A stretch of 60,309 nt of DNA, from contig CALKOM010000027.1 in assembly GCA_938091905.1 (NCBI GenBank), positions 1-60,309 on the forward strand, written 5' to 3'. This document shows, one piece after another, positions 29,337 to 39,458 of the stretch (position 1 is its first letter; each line of letters opens with the position of its first letter). This stretch comes from an uncultured Verrucomicrobiales bacterium (GTDB lineage Bacteria > Verrucomicrobiota > Verrucomicrobiia > Verrucomicrobiales > DEV007). Made by a program: the position numbers and the translations under genes. The notes below the pieces were generated by a model. It ran no database searches, was not told where the DNA came from, and saw only the letters and a program-made list of their open reading frames with translations.

Positions 29337-30128
29337 CTAACGAGGAATCTTCAGAGTCTGACCAGGCCTGATCGTCGTGCCTATTCCATTTGCCCGCATG
29401 ATGTCCTGATGACTCACACCGTTATATTTCCTTGCAATACTATACAACGTATCGCCCTTCTTCACCCGGTAGGTTTTAGACGTCACTGTGGGCTTGAGCT
29501 TGGGTTTCGACTTCTCAATTTGTTTCTTTGGAGGAGTGTAAGTCTTTACGGCAGGAGGCTTGGGCTGAGGGATTGGGTCAATGACAGCAACCTCAGGCTC
29601 TTCCCTCGGCGCCGTCACAACGGGAGCGAGAGGCAGATCATTCACGGCAGTAGGCTTAACCGAATCACTTGGCACGTAGACCGTTTCCCCTCGTAGAAGT
29701 GTTCCCGACGGGACCGGCGTGTGCTTGTTCACCTCAAGAAACTTCTCTTCCGTCAGGCCATATTGCAGGGCGAAGTAGCTTGTCGACATTTCCTTATCTA
29801 CCTTGACCGCTTTCGTGCTCGCAAGCTGTACGGGCTGTTGCTCTACGACGGTAGATTGTACGATACTCACTTCATCCTGCTTCGCTACAGGAACAAGTGG
29901 CTTCTCAGGAAGCTTGGTGTTCTCCCCCACCTTCGGCTTTTTACTATCAAAGAGGTTAAAAGCAGCCAATCCACCGACCGCCACGATGTGGAGGACGAGG
30001 ACGACAATGAAGGCACGAGAAAGCTTCATGTTCGGACCACTGTCCTCCCAGGCTTCTTCGTGCATGACGTTCGCAGGGAGACGAAACTCCCGCGAAATAT
30101 TCGAGCGGCGTTTGCGTGTTGATTTCAT
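29337..30128 (-). CDS. Membrane-anchored LysM peptidoglycan-binding protein
   Basis: TM helix (AFIVVLVLHIVAVGGL), a degenerate internal LysM, a Pro/Lys-rich linker and a C-terminal LysM (YRVKKGDTLYSIARKY...IRPGQTLKIP). Confidence 0.85.
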   Translation of the reverse strand: MKSTRKRRSNISREFRLPANVMHEEAWEDSGPNMKLSRAFIVVLVLHIVAVGGLAAFNLFDSKKPKVGENTKLPEKPLVPVAKQDEVSIVQSTVVEQQPVQLASTKAVKVDKEMSTSYFALQYGLTEEKFLEVNKHTPVPSGTLLRGETVYVPSDSVKPTAVNDLPLAPVVTAPREEPEVAVIDPIPQPKPPAVKTYTPPKKQIEKSKPKLKPTVTSKTYRVKKGDTLYSIARKYNGVSHQDIMRANGIGTTIRPGQTLKIPR

Positions 30129-31438
30129 ATATTTGCTAGGTGTTGTTCTACGAGATCGGTAAAGACATCCCCCCGCTGTTCGTAGCCGGAAAACATATCA
30201 AAGGAAGAGGTCCCAGGAGAGAAGAGTATAATTGCGTTGTCGGGAGCTTCTCTGAACGCAGTCTTGACGGCCGCCATTAAAGAATCCGCCACAGTGCTAG
30301 GACAAAGCCCATCCGCTAGTTCCGTTAGGTTCTGCCCAATTTCTCCCAATGCGACAAGATGGCAGACTTTTTCCGCCAACCAAGGCTTCAGACTATCATA
30401 GCTCAAACCCTTCTGTTTGCCACCAGCAATGAGCAGAATGGGACCATCTAGAGCACGAAGAGAACTCTCCAAGGCATGGACGTTTGTCGCTTTGGAATCA
30501 TTCAGAATAAGCAAGCCACGATCCGTCTGCGCCACACGCTCACAGCGATGGCGCGGTGGTCGGTAGCTCAAGGCTGCCCGCCGCATGCCCGCGGTAGAAA
30601 GCCCTTGGATCGAGCCCACCGCCATCGCAGCCATCAGGTTTTCTGCGTTGTGTTTCCCGGCGAGATACGTGTCTGACATCGACGCCATGGACTCCCCTCG
30701 GAGGAATATTTGGCCATCTCTATAGGCGAAATCTGCGCCCTCATCAAACGCACTAAAAGTCAGCGTCTGCGGAATGAGCTCGATGCCCGGCCCATTGCTC
30801 AAATTCACGATGGCCCAGTCCTCCGCCGTCTGATTGCGATACATTGCGAGCTTGGCATCGCGATAATCATCAACAGACTCGTAGCGATCCATGTGGTCAG
30901 GAGCGAAATTCATCCATACACTCACATTTGGACGAAACTGATCGATAGTTTCGAGTTGGAACGAACTCAACTCAAGTACCGCTACATCATAGGAGGCATC
31001 ATCAAGCACGATCTCAGCGAAAGGCTTCCCGTAGTTGCCGCCGGCCACAGCGGAGCACCCGTTCTCATTGAGGAGGTGCGTAATCAGTTCAGTCGTCGTC
31101 GTCTTTCCATTCGTTCCCGTAATACCAATGACCCTCTTTCCCCAGAATCGAGAAGCGAGCTCAATCTCTCCCAATACAGACGTTCCCGCTTCCACCCATG
31201 GAGCCACCAATGGATTCGCTAAATCAATGCCGGGACTGACGACGAGATGCGCAACGTCTTCGCGCCAAGTGAGCGCCTCTGGCCCAAAGACCCTGTCTAC
31301 GTCCGGGAGACCAGGCACGCTTGGCTCACCACTATCGAGCAACGTCACATGCGCCCCCTGAGCACAAGCCAACCGTGCTGCAGCTTGGCCACTACGCCCA
31401 GCACCGCATACAGCAATGGCTTGTTCTTTGAGGTTCAT
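30125..31438 (-). CDS. murD: UDP-MurNAc-L-Ala--D-Glu ligase
   Basis: SPGI, ITGTNGKTTT, ELSSFQL, DHMDRY, NDSKATN and SPGTSSFD. Confidence 0.95.
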   Translation of the reverse strand: MNLKEQAIAVCGAGRSGQAAARLACAQGAHVTLLDSGEPSVPGLPDVDRVFGPEALTWREDVAHLVVSPGIDLANPLVAPWVEAGTSVLGEIELASRFWGKRVIGITGTNGKTTTTELITHLLNENGCSAVAGGNYGKPFAEIVLDDASYDVAVLELSSFQLETIDQFRPNVSVWMNFAPDHMDRYESVDDYRDAKLAMYRNQTAEDWAIVNLSNGPGIELIPQTLTFSAFDEGADFAYRDGQIFLRGESMASMSDTYLAGKHNAENLMAAMAVGSIQGLSTAGMRRAALSYRPPRHRCERVAQTDRGLLILNDSKATNVHALESSLRALDGPILLIAGGKQKGLSYDSLKPWLAEKVCHLVALGEIGQNLTELADGLCPSTVADSLMAAVKTAFREAPDNAIILFSPGTSSFDMFSGYEQRGDVFTDLVEQHLANI

Positions 31439-31447
31439 AAATGTTTG

Positions 31448-32575
31448 CTAGTATCGTAGTTTAAGGGACGCCAAGCCAAGCCCAGCGCAGAGCAATGCGA
31501 GAATCCAGAAACGAATGATAATCTTCGTTTCCGACCAGCCTTTCAGTTCGAAATGATGGTGAATAGGCGCCATTTTAAAGATGCGTTTACGCCGTAGTTT
31601 AAAGCTACCGACCTGAAGCATGACCGAGAGCGCCTCCATTACAAAGACCCCCCCCACAATCACCAGGGTTATTTCCTGCTTGCAACATATGGCCACTGTT
31701 CCTAACATCCCTCCAATTGCTAACGATCCTGTATCTCCCATGAAGACACTTGCGGGGTAAGAGTTGAACCAGAGGAAGCCCATACCCGCCCCCACAATAG
31801 CCATACAGAAGACGGTCACTTCCGTCGACCAGGGATGATGAGGAATGAACAGATAGTCAGAAGCCCAGTCCGCACGTCCGGCGATGTAATTGAAGATGGC
31901 GTAGGTTGCCGCCGTGACAATGGTACAGCCAATGGCCAATCCATCGAGGCCATCCGTTAAGTTCACCGCATTGGAACACCCAACAATCACGCCACCGAAC
32001 AAAATTACTGCGAACCAGCCCAACTGCACATTCGAGAACGGGTTATCCACGTTGAGCAGTGGCAGGAACAGCGTCGTCATGATCCCTTCATGTTCCGGAT
32101 GCTGATAAAAGATGAGAAAGGCGGTCACTCCAACAGCAAGAAACGCTTGCACCGACATCTTGAAACGGGCACTCACACCATCAGAACTCTTCATCGTGAC
32201 TTTCTTGTAGTCATCCAGAAAGCCAAGACTTCCTAGCACAATCGTCACAATAAGGCACAACCAAATGAAAGGGTTCGTCAGACGAGCAAAGAGAAGCGTT
32301 GACGTGACCACGGCAGCCAAAATCATCACGCCACCCATCGTCGGCGTGCCCTGCTTCCGTCCGTGAATCTCAGCGAGCTCGCGCATGTCTTCGGCAGTAC
32401 GGATAGGCTGCCCCATTTTGAGAGACAATAGCTTCCGCACGACCCAAGGCCCCATGACAAGAGAGATCAAGAAGGCAAACAACGCCGCAGCAAGACTACG
32501 ACTACTCACGTATCGTAGCACACGCACGAGAGCCTCGTGGTCTTCCTTGAGAAGTTCGTAGAGCCAATAAATCAT
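31448..32575 (-). CDS. mraY: Phospho-MurNAc-pentapeptide transferase
   Basis: GTPTMGG, GFLDD, NAVNLTDGLDGL, FMGDTGS and APIHHHFE. Confidence 0.96.
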   Translation of the reverse strand: MIYWLYELLKEDHEALVRVLRYVSSRSLAAALFAFLISLVMGPWVVRKLLSLKMGQPIRTAEDMRELAEIHGRKQGTPTMGGVMILAAVVTSTLLFARLTNPFIWLCLIVTIVLGSLGFLDDYKKVTMKSSDGVSARFKMSVQAFLAVGVTAFLIFYQHPEHEGIMTTLFLPLLNVDNPFSNVQLGWFAVILFGGVIVGCSNAVNLTDGLDGLAIGCTIVTAATYAIFNYIAGRADWASDYLFIPHHPWSTEVTVFCMAIVGAGMGFLWFNSYPASVFMGDTGSLAIGGMLGTVAICCKQEITLVIVGGVFVMEALSVMLQVGSFKLRRKRIFKMAPIHHHFELKGWSETKIIIRFWILALLCAGLGLASLKLRY

Positions 32576-33936
32576 GATTCAGTCGCGTAGAGTTTGTAGA
32601 TGGTATCCATGGCGGCGGACCGGCTTCCTTTGAGCAGCACGAGATCTCCTGCCGTGGCCGTTTGTTTCAGGAAGTCCGCAGCTTCCTCGCGACTAGCGAA
32701 ATGGTGAACGACTTGGTCTGCATCCGCAGCAAGCCGATCCGTATACGCGCAAGCCCCATCGCCCACGCTACAAATGTGATCAAACCCCTCAGAGACCGCC
32801 AGCAGCCCAATCTCCCGATGCGCTATCTCAGCCCCTTGGCCAAGTTCACCCATCTCACCAAGTAATGCAAAGGTCTTTCCGTTAGGCTTCATTGCACCCA
32901 CTGTAGTCAAGGACACGCGCATAGAATCAGGATTGGCGTTGTAAGCGTCATTGATAATCTTGACGCCCGCATGCTCCAAGGTTTGCAATCTTCCAGGAGT
33001 GAGGCTCACCTGTGTGAGCGCCTTAGAGATTTCATCCAACGGCAATTCAGCCTCATGCCCAACAGCAGCCGCAATTACCGCATTCGACACCATGTGCCTG
33101 CCTGGAATCGGCAAACGCACCTCCGCGCTGTCGTTCCCGATCGTCAATGTGAATCCTGTTCCAGTATCTAACACTTCTAAATCTGTTGCCCGCACCTGCC
33201 CCGCCTCGATGCCCGCCTCGACAACGCGCGCCGAAGTCCGGCTTCCTATAGAAGACGCGAATTCGTCATTCGCATTCAAGACAAGCACACCTTTCTTCGT
33301 CATGGCCTCTGCCAGCATCCCCTTCTCTTGAGCAATCCCTTCCCGGCTGCCCATGTTCCCGATGTGCGCTGTGCCGATGTTCGTGATCACCCCGATATCA
33401 GGAGCCGTAATCTCCGCGAGGGGCGCGATCTCCCCATGATGATTCATGCCGATCTCCCAAATACCGAAGTCATCATCGGCTTCTGTGCTCAACACCGTCA
33501 ATGGCAACCCGATGTGATTGTTCAGGTTGCCTTTGGTCGCTGTCACCGCGAAGCGCTGACCCAACACCGCTCGAATCATATCCTTCGTCGATGTCTTGCC
33601 ATTGCTTCCAGTGATGACCACAGCTTTGGTCTCGATCAATTTGCGATAGCCCTTTGCCAGCTGCTGCAAACCTATCAAGGTATCAGCGACCTCAACGACA
33701 GGAACCGTTACACCGTCCACGGCACAGCTCACCAGCAGCGCACCCGCCCCGGCCTCGACTGCCTTTGCTAAGAAATCATGCGCATCAAAGCGCTCGCCAA
33801 CCAGAGCGATAAAGAGCGACCCCGGCGGGATGCTCCGCGTGTCGGTGCTCACCGCAGTGACCATCGAGTTGGGATCTCCCTGCATCACGCGACCACCTGA
33901 CAGATCGGCAACTTGCTGAACGGTCAACCGTTTCAT
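32572..33936 (-). CDS. murF: UDP-MurNAc-tripeptide--D-Ala-D-Ala ligase
   Basis: DTR, ITGSNGKTSTK, NNHIGLP, EIGMNH.GEI, DAYNANPDS and KGSR. Confidence 0.95.
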   Translation of the reverse strand: MKRLTVQQVADLSGGRVMQGDPNSMVTAVSTDTRSIPPGSLFIALVGERFDAHDFLAKAVEAGAGALLVSCAVDGVTVPVVEVADTLIGLQQLAKGYRKLIETKAVVITGSNGKTSTKDMIRAVLGQRFAVTATKGNLNNHIGLPLTVLSTEADDDFGIWEIGMNHHGEIAPLAEITAPDIGVITNIGTAHIGNMGSREGIAQEKGMLAEAMTKKGVLVLNANDEFASSIGSRTSARVVEAGIEAGQVRATDLEVLDTGTGFTLTIGNDSAEVRLPIPGRHMVSNAVIAAAVGHEAELPLDEISKALTQVSLTPGRLQTLEHAGVKIINDAYNANPDSMRVSLTTVGAMKPNGKTFALLGEMGELGQGAEIAHREIGLLAVSEGFDHICSVGDGACAYTDRLAADADQVVHHFASREEAADFLKQTATAGDLVLLKGSRSAAMDTIYKLYATES

Positions 33937-35450
33937 CGAGGCCGCCCTCCTGCCCGCCGTGGATTCAAGTCCAACACTTGCAGTGCCTTAAAAACCTCGT
34001 CCCGGTCGTCGAACGGCACCGTCTCCGTTGCAAATTGCTGCTCGGCTTCGTGACCTTTACCCGCGACGACCACGATGTCGCCCGGCAAAGCCATGGCAAT
34101 GGCACGGCGAATCGCCTCACGCCGATCGACGTACTTCACGTAATAATCCGTCCCAAAAGCGGCGCCGATATCGTTGATGATTGCCTCAGGGTCCTCATTG
34201 CGTGGATTATCCGAGGTCACTACCGACACATCCGCGTGGTTCCGCGAAGCCATGCCCATGAGTTTCCTCTTCTCACGATCACGGTTACCACCGCAGCCAA
34301 AGACACAGATCAATCGACGCGGACTCAGATCGCGTAGGATCTTAAGCACATTTTCCAAAGCATCCGGGGTGTGCGCATAATCCACGTAAACTTTGAAGCC
34401 ACCGATGTGGTCGATCGCCTCCAGACGTCCGGGAACTTGCGGCGCTTCTTCAAGGTGTTGCACGGATTCCCGCAAATTCAGCCCCATGGCTTTCGTGGCC
34501 GCGAGCACTGACAACACATTATAGACATTGTAACGCCCGATCAGAGGTAGCCGAACCATGAAGGTTCTCCCCTTCGCCTCAAGCTCGAAGCGTGTGCCGT
34601 TCACATCTGCAGCAATGCGCGTCGCACGGAAATCACAACCCACCCCCATTCCATACGTGACGACATCGACTCGGTCCTTAAATCGACGAATCAATCGCTG
34701 CCCATAGCCATCATCCTTATTAATTACAAAGACTGGCTTCTTCTTGCCTCCTTGATTCACGAGGAGTTCTCCGAGCAACGCCTTCGCCTCAAAGTAGGCG
34801 TCCATCGTCTTGTGATAGTCTAGATGATCTTGCGTGAAATTCGTGAAGATGCCAGCATCAAACAAGACTGAATCCACGCGGTGCTGGCTCAGAGCATGAG
34901 AAGACACTTCCATCACCGCACTACGGCACCCCGCATCCCGCATCTCGGCTAACAAAGATTGAATCTCCACTGATTCAGGGGTCGTGTGGGTGGCCTTGCG
35001 GTATTCACTACCCACGTCGTAGTGCACAGTTCCTAACATCCCAGCATAGTGCTGAACTCGCTTAAGCAAGTAATGGAGGAGGAAGGCCACTGTCGTCTTT
35101 CCATTCGTGCCCGTCACACCCGCCACGCGAAGGCCTTTCGAGGGATGCGCCTGCACTGCAGCGGCTGCACGAGCGAGAGCTTCTCGAGAATCACGCACCT
35201 GGACCCACGGGAAATCACAGGGCTCTGGAGCCGCCGTTTCAGCCACTATGCCAACAGCACCAGCTTCTCTCGCTTGCTCGATGTATTGATGCCCGTCCAC
35301 CGTCTCGCCCTTCAACGCAAAGAAGACCGATCCTGAATCGGGCGTTACCTCACGCGATGAGTAGCAAAGACGCAACACCTGCACATCCGCTCCCCCTTGG
35401 GAGGAGCGCACCGTTGGCATCACGTCGATCATGTCTTTCAAAGTAACCAT
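33933..35450 (-). CDS. murE: UDP-MurNAc-dipeptide--meso-DAP ligase
   Basis: VTGTNGKTT, TTPE, MEVSSH, DHLDYH, DYAHTPD, DNPR (DAP-type) and AGKGHE. Start at ATG 35450. Confidence 0.95.
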   Translation of the reverse strand: MVTLKDMIDVMPTVRSSQGGADVQVLRLCYSSREVTPDSGSVFFALKGETVDGHQYIEQAREAGAVGIVAETAAPEPCDFPWVQVRDSREALARAAAAVQAHPSKGLRVAGVTGTNGKTTVAFLLHYLLKRVQHYAGMLGTVHYDVGSEYRKATHTTPESVEIQSLLAEMRDAGCRSAVMEVSSHALSQHRVDSVLFDAGIFTNFTQDHLDYHKTMDAYFEAKALLGELLVNQGGKKKPVFVINKDDGYGQRLIRRFKDRVDVVTYGMGVGCDFRATRIAADVNGTRFELEAKGRTFMVRLPLIGRYNVYNVLSVLAATKAMGLNLRESVQHLEEAPQVPGRLEAIDHIGGFKVYVDYAHTPDALENVLKILRDLSPRRLICVFGCGGNRDREKRKLMGMASRNHADVSVVTSDNPRNEDPEAIINDIGAAFGTDYYVKYVDRREAIRRAIAMALPGDIVVVAGKGHEAEQQFATETVPFDDRDEVFKALQVLDLNPRRAGGRPR

Positions 35451-35454
35451 TCCG

Positions 35455-37323
35455 TTAGTTCGCCATCTCCGCCTCAGTTGAGGCGAGGCGACGCACTCCA
35501 AAGTGATACATCCCCGCCTCGGCGATTTCCTTAAAGATAGGTGCCGCCACACTTCCGCCATGCCGCTTGCCCTCGTTCTGAGGATCGTCTACGAGCACCA
35601 TGCCAATTAGAGCCGGCTCAGATTCGGTTCCTATGAATCCCAGAAATGAGGTGATGTTCCGATTCTTGCGATAGCCCCCACCAACGATCTTCATCGTAGT
35701 TCCCGTCTTGCCACCAACCACGTACCCCTCGACTTGTGCATTCTTCCCCGTTCCCTCTTCCACAGCATGGATGAGCGCCGACTTGAGCTTGCTAGCCGTA
35801 CGTGCTGAATACACATTCTCCACCACTTCCGAATCCAAACTAGCACTAACGCGCCTATAATCTTCGGTTAGGATTTCACGCACGATCCGCGGCTTCACGA
35901 GATCCCCGTGATTGCAGACCACGCTCATGAGACCAAGAACCTGGAGAGGAGTAGCGTTGAGATTGTAGCCCATCCCGAGACGAGACAAAGCCATGCGACT
36001 ACGCGACCACCCATCATTCGCATTCGCCACCTCACCCTTCACGGGATGGGGCACCTTCCCACGCCCTTCCGCTGGAAGACGAATTCCGGTCCTCTCCCCG
36101 AAGCCGAACTTCAACATGTAGCTATAATAATCACGGGGCTTCATCTGCTGTGCGACCATGAAGGTTCCCGTGTTCAGGGAATAGGCGAGCACGTCACGCA
36201 CTGATGCCGATTCACGAGGGGCAGCAGAATCTTCTAACGCTTTCTCCCAACCATGTTCACGGTAGTAGCCATTGTGACAACTCACCCACTCATCAAGTCT
36301 AACGAGATCCAAATCCAGGGCTGCACCCAAAGTCACGATCTTGAAGGTTGATCCCGGTTCATAGACAGCGGACACCGCGCGATTCCAGCGAGAGCGGGGC
36401 CTCGATTTGCCAGCGTCCGAAGGCTTGAACCCCGGTCGATTGACCAAGGCAAGAACCTCCCCACTGCTGGGCTCTGCAAAGATTGCAGTGATAGACTCCG
36501 CTCGTAATGCTTTGAAGTGCTTGTCCACAATCTGCTCGGCCATGTCTTGAAAAGCAGCATCTAACGTCAGCACCACATGCCGCCCATGTTGTGGCATCAC
36601 CTCTTCGACTAGCGTGCCTTCCAAATCGTAGTAGCGGGCACCATCGGTCCCTTTCAGGAATCCATCCATGCTCGCCTCGACCCCCTCTGCCCCTTCCGTT
36701 CCGTGATATACATACCCAAGCACATGGCAAGCCAGATCATCACTGACATAAGCCCTCTTCATAGAGTCAACGTAGCGGATGCCCCTAAACCCTTCGCGTT
36801 CCAAGTCTTTTACAATTTCACGGGCTAGCTGACTATCCACGCCTTTGGCAATCTCTGGGTTCGTCCTGCGCCCCTGGAGATCCTTCAGCACCTTGCCCAA
36901 CTCCAGCTTAAGCGGCCGCACCAACTTCGTAGCTAACATTTGGTAGTAGAGGGACTTACTGGCATCCTTACCGTAGCCCTTCAATTCTTCGTCGGTCATC
37001 CCAAGTTGCTGCTTAGCAATCTTGTGAATCTGCTCCACAAACGGAAGTTGATACTTATCGAGGATGAGATCACTCACAGGCTCGGTCGTCGCCAAAGGAC
37101 GCCGATCCCGATCCAGAATATCCCCACGACGGGCAGGCACGACCTCCTTGTCAAACGTCTCGTCCTTCATTTCATCTATCACCTCCTCATGCAGAGTATA
37201 CTGCACGTGAATCAACCGAATGGAGATAACTGTTAACAGAGACACGAATCCTACGCACAGCAGGATCGCCCGCAACTCAGTCGAGTATCGGTAAGGCGGC
37301 TTTGCTGTTGGGCGAGTCATCAT
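35455..37323 (-). CDS. ftsI: Class B penicillin-binding protein (septal transpeptidase)
   Basis: TM anchor, RRGDILDR, EPGSTFK (SxxK), SLN (SxN) and KTGT. Confidence 0.92.
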   Translation of the reverse strand: MMTRPTAKPPYRYSTELRAILLCVGFVSLLTVISIRLIHVQYTLHEEVIDEMKDETFDKEVVPARRGDILDRDRRPLATTEPVSDLILDKYQLPFVEQIHKIAKQQLGMTDEELKGYGKDASKSLYYQMLATKLVRPLKLELGKVLKDLQGRRTNPEIAKGVDSQLAREIVKDLEREGFRGIRYVDSMKRAYVSDDLACHVLGYVYHGTEGAEGVEASMDGFLKGTDGARYYDLEGTLVEEVMPQHGRHVVLTLDAAFQDMAEQIVDKHFKALRAESITAIFAEPSSGEVLALVNRPGFKPSDAGKSRPRSRWNRAVSAVYEPGSTFKIVTLGAALDLDLVRLDEWVSCHNGYYREHGWEKALEDSAAPRESASVRDVLAYSLNTGTFMVAQQMKPRDYYSYMLKFGFGERTGIRLPAEGRGKVPHPVKGEVANANDGWSRSRMALSRLGMGYNLNATPLQVLGLMSVVCNHGDLVKPRIVREILTEDYRRVSASLDSEVVENVYSARTASKLKSALIHAVEEGTGKNAQVEGYVVGGKTGTTMKIVGGGYRKNRNITSFLGFIGTESEPALIGMVLVDDPQNEGKRHGGSVAAPIFKEIAEAGMYHFGVRRLASTEAEMAN

Positions 37324-37332
37324 ACTAACAGG

Positions 37333-37644
37333 TCAACGAGACGCCGTCATTTCAGGCGCAAGCGCTTCCGTCTGTTCCACACTCACAGGGCTAAGATCGC
37401 TGTTATAAGCTTGTAGTCTGGCTTCGAGCACACGCGGAGCGAGATTTCTCTTGATGTCCACCTCCACATTCTGGACGGCAATGTACACACTCACTTGCTC
37501 CTCCTTTAGCTCCTGGATCTGTTGGCGCTTGGCCACATGACCCGAGCGGATATTGATGTAAAGGCACCCACAGACCACACAAAGCATGAGCACAGTCGCC
37601 CCTTTGACAACAAGGGACACACCAATCGGAGAATCGTTAGACAT
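37333..37644 (-). CDS. FtsL-like small bitopic coiled-coil protein
   Basis: 103 aa with one TM helix and a heptad region; occupies the usual ftsL slot between rsmH and ftsI. Confidence 0.6.
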   Translation of the reverse strand: MSNDSPIGVSLVVKGATVLMLCVVCGCLYINIRSGHVAKRQQIQELKEEQVSVYIAVQNVEVDIKRNLAPRVLEARLQAYNSDLSPVSVEQTEALAPEMTASR

Positions 37645-37668
37645 AGAATCGTGTAAGAGTTGAGTGAG

Positions 37669-38622
37669 TTATGTTGCACGCCGAATGGCAAAGCGAAGCT
37701 TCGCGCTTCGCGCGCGTGGGTTCTGGGAGGCTTCTTCAGGCGTGGCTTGAATGAGTTTAGCAGGCAGGTCGAAATGATAATCGGGGTTCAGTCGCGGCTC
37801 AGGCCACGTGGGATCGTCCACCATGGCTTGGCTGTGAGCGCGCAAGAATCGCTTCACGATGCGGTCTTCCAAAGAGTGAAAGCTGATCACTGCCAACTTG
37901 CCACCGGGCTTGAGCAGGCTCACGGCGTGGCTTAGCATTTCCGGTAATACATCCAACTCACGATTCACCGCAATGCGCAGGGCCTGGAACGAGCGCGTCG
38001 CTGGATGAATCTTTCCGGACCGGCGCCCACCGCGAGAAATCACATTGGCGAGATCCAGCGTTGTTTCAAAGGAGCGCTCTTGGCGACGCGCAACCAGGGC
38101 CTTGGCGATCCCACGACTCCCGCGTTCCTCACCATAGGTCCAAAGAACATCTGCCAATGCTTCCTCGCTAAGCTGATTGACCAAGTCTGCTGCCGTCGTC
38201 GTTTGGTCAGGATCCATCCTCATGTCGAGTGGGCCATCTTCCTGAAAGGAGAAACCACGCTCTGCTTGGTCGAGTTGCCAGGAGCTCACGCCAAGATCAA
38301 AGAGCATGGCATCGACTTGTTGAGGAAACGCCTCATGGGATTTTGCTAGTAAATCAAGGCTCGCAGCATTTCCCCGAATTCCCTGAAATTGGTGCCCAAA
38401 GCCCGACAATCGCTCAATCGCACGTTCGAGTGCTTCAGGATCTTGATCAACCCCGATGACGCGCGCACCCGCCTGCAAGAATCGCTCGCTGTGGCCACCA
38501 AAGCCCAGAGTGCCGTCAATGATGCACATCCTTGGTTCAGGCTGAAAGAACTCAAGAATTTCCTGGAGCAGGACCGGCACGTGGCAGGCATCACCCAAAG
38601 CTTGGTTGGAAGTGGTCTTCAC
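37669..38622 (-). CDS. rsmH: 16S rRNA m4C1402 methyltransferase
   Basis: HVPVLL, DGTLGFGGHS, DLGVSS.QLD..ERGFSF, FQALRIAVN.EL, ISFHSLEDR and NPRARSAKLR. Start at GTG 38622. Confidence 0.95.
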   Translation of the reverse strand: MKTTSNQALGDACHVPVLLQEILEFFQPEPRMCIIDGTLGFGGHSERFLQAGARVIGVDQDPEALERAIERLSGFGHQFQGIRGNAASLDLLAKSHEAFPQQVDAMLFDLGVSSWQLDQAERGFSFQEDGPLDMRMDPDQTTTAADLVNQLSEEALADVLWTYGEERGSRGIAKALVARRQERSFETTLDLANVISRGGRRSGKIHPATRSFQALRIAVNRELDVLPEMLSHAVSLLKPGGKLAVISFHSLEDRIVKRFLRAHSQAMVDDPTWPEPRLNPDYHFDLPAKLIQATPEEASQNPRARSAKLRFAIRRAT

Positions 38623-38641
38623 AATGCCTTCGGGTTGAATG

Positions 38642-39100
38642 CTAAAATCCGAGGGATTCTGCCATCGAGTCGACCGTGGCATCGGCATCTTGGCTTTGCT
38701 CTTCAACCCAATCTTCCGGGCGCCAGAGTTCCAGACATTCGCAGGCACCCACGATGACGACCTCGCCGGAGAATTTATACCGCTCTTGGAGTTCAGTAGG
38801 TACGACAATCCGTCCCTGCTTGTCCAAGGGACAAGGCATCGCTCGAGAGAACCAGCGGCGCTGGAACATCTTCTTTTGAGCGGGAGTATAGTCTTTTGAG
38901 TCATCGAGCGTGCGCTTCATGCGCCGAAGTTCATCAGCATTGAGAAGTTTGAGGCAGGGATTGTTGCTATCAGGGAGCGCGTGAAGCTCGGCATAACGAG
39001 CATCCCGCCATCTTGCCGGGATGTTGAGACGATTCTTCTCATCCACCACACGGCTCTCGTGCCCGTTGTAGATGCGCGGAGAATCGTCATGCTGGACCAT
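38642..39100 (-). CDS. mraZ: Transcriptional regulator MraZ
   Basis: Two DxxxR motifs (DEKNRLNIP, DKQGRIVVP) and ELW; first gene of the dcw cluster. Start at ATG 39100 (alternative 39130). Confidence 0.9.
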   Translation of the reverse strand: MVQHDDSPRIYNGHESRVVDEKNRLNIPARWRDARYAELHALPDSNNPCLKLLNADELRRMKRTLDDSKDYTPAQKKMFQRRWFSRAMPCPLDKQGRIVVPTELQERYKFSGEVVIVGACECLELWRPEDWVEEQSQDADATVDSMAESLGF

Positions 39101-39114
39101 TGTTGAGGAATCTT

Positions 39115-39152
39115 CACCACTTGCCCCCATTACCCCCCTTTTCTACCCCCAC
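39115..39152 (-). promoter_or_regulatory. Putative MraZ-binding direct repeats
   Basis: Minus strand reads GTGGGG...AAGGGG-ggta-ATGGGG-gcaa-GTGGTG, with the last three at a 10-nt period just upstream of mraZ. This matches the known GTGG(G)-type MraZ boxes. Confidence 0.65.
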
Positions 39153-39458
39153 AGGAATAAAGTTCAATTCTTTTATGGCCCGCCTACTGATTTTTATAAA
39201 ATATTTATCTTTGAGAGATCTTAGACTTCGAAGATAATTATCTCCGTCGAGTGAAACCTAAGTTCAATAGATTGTTCGGATTTCTGAAATATTCGCAACT
39301 CGAAACTGTTTCACTTTTCAGGGTTATTATGGAAGGTGCACCTTAGAATGAAGGCAACCTTCCCGCCCGAATTACGAGAATGGGAAACCCTCTACAAAGT
39401 TTTTATCGAAATTTCCCACAACCATTGTGAATAGCGCAATGCTCTGTAAACATCTGTA

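Noticed and set aside
35451..38904. N-terminal extensions of murE (to 35561) and rsmH (to 38904)
   Set aside because: They overlap ftsI and mraZ and show no family features; better starts are at 35450 and 38622.
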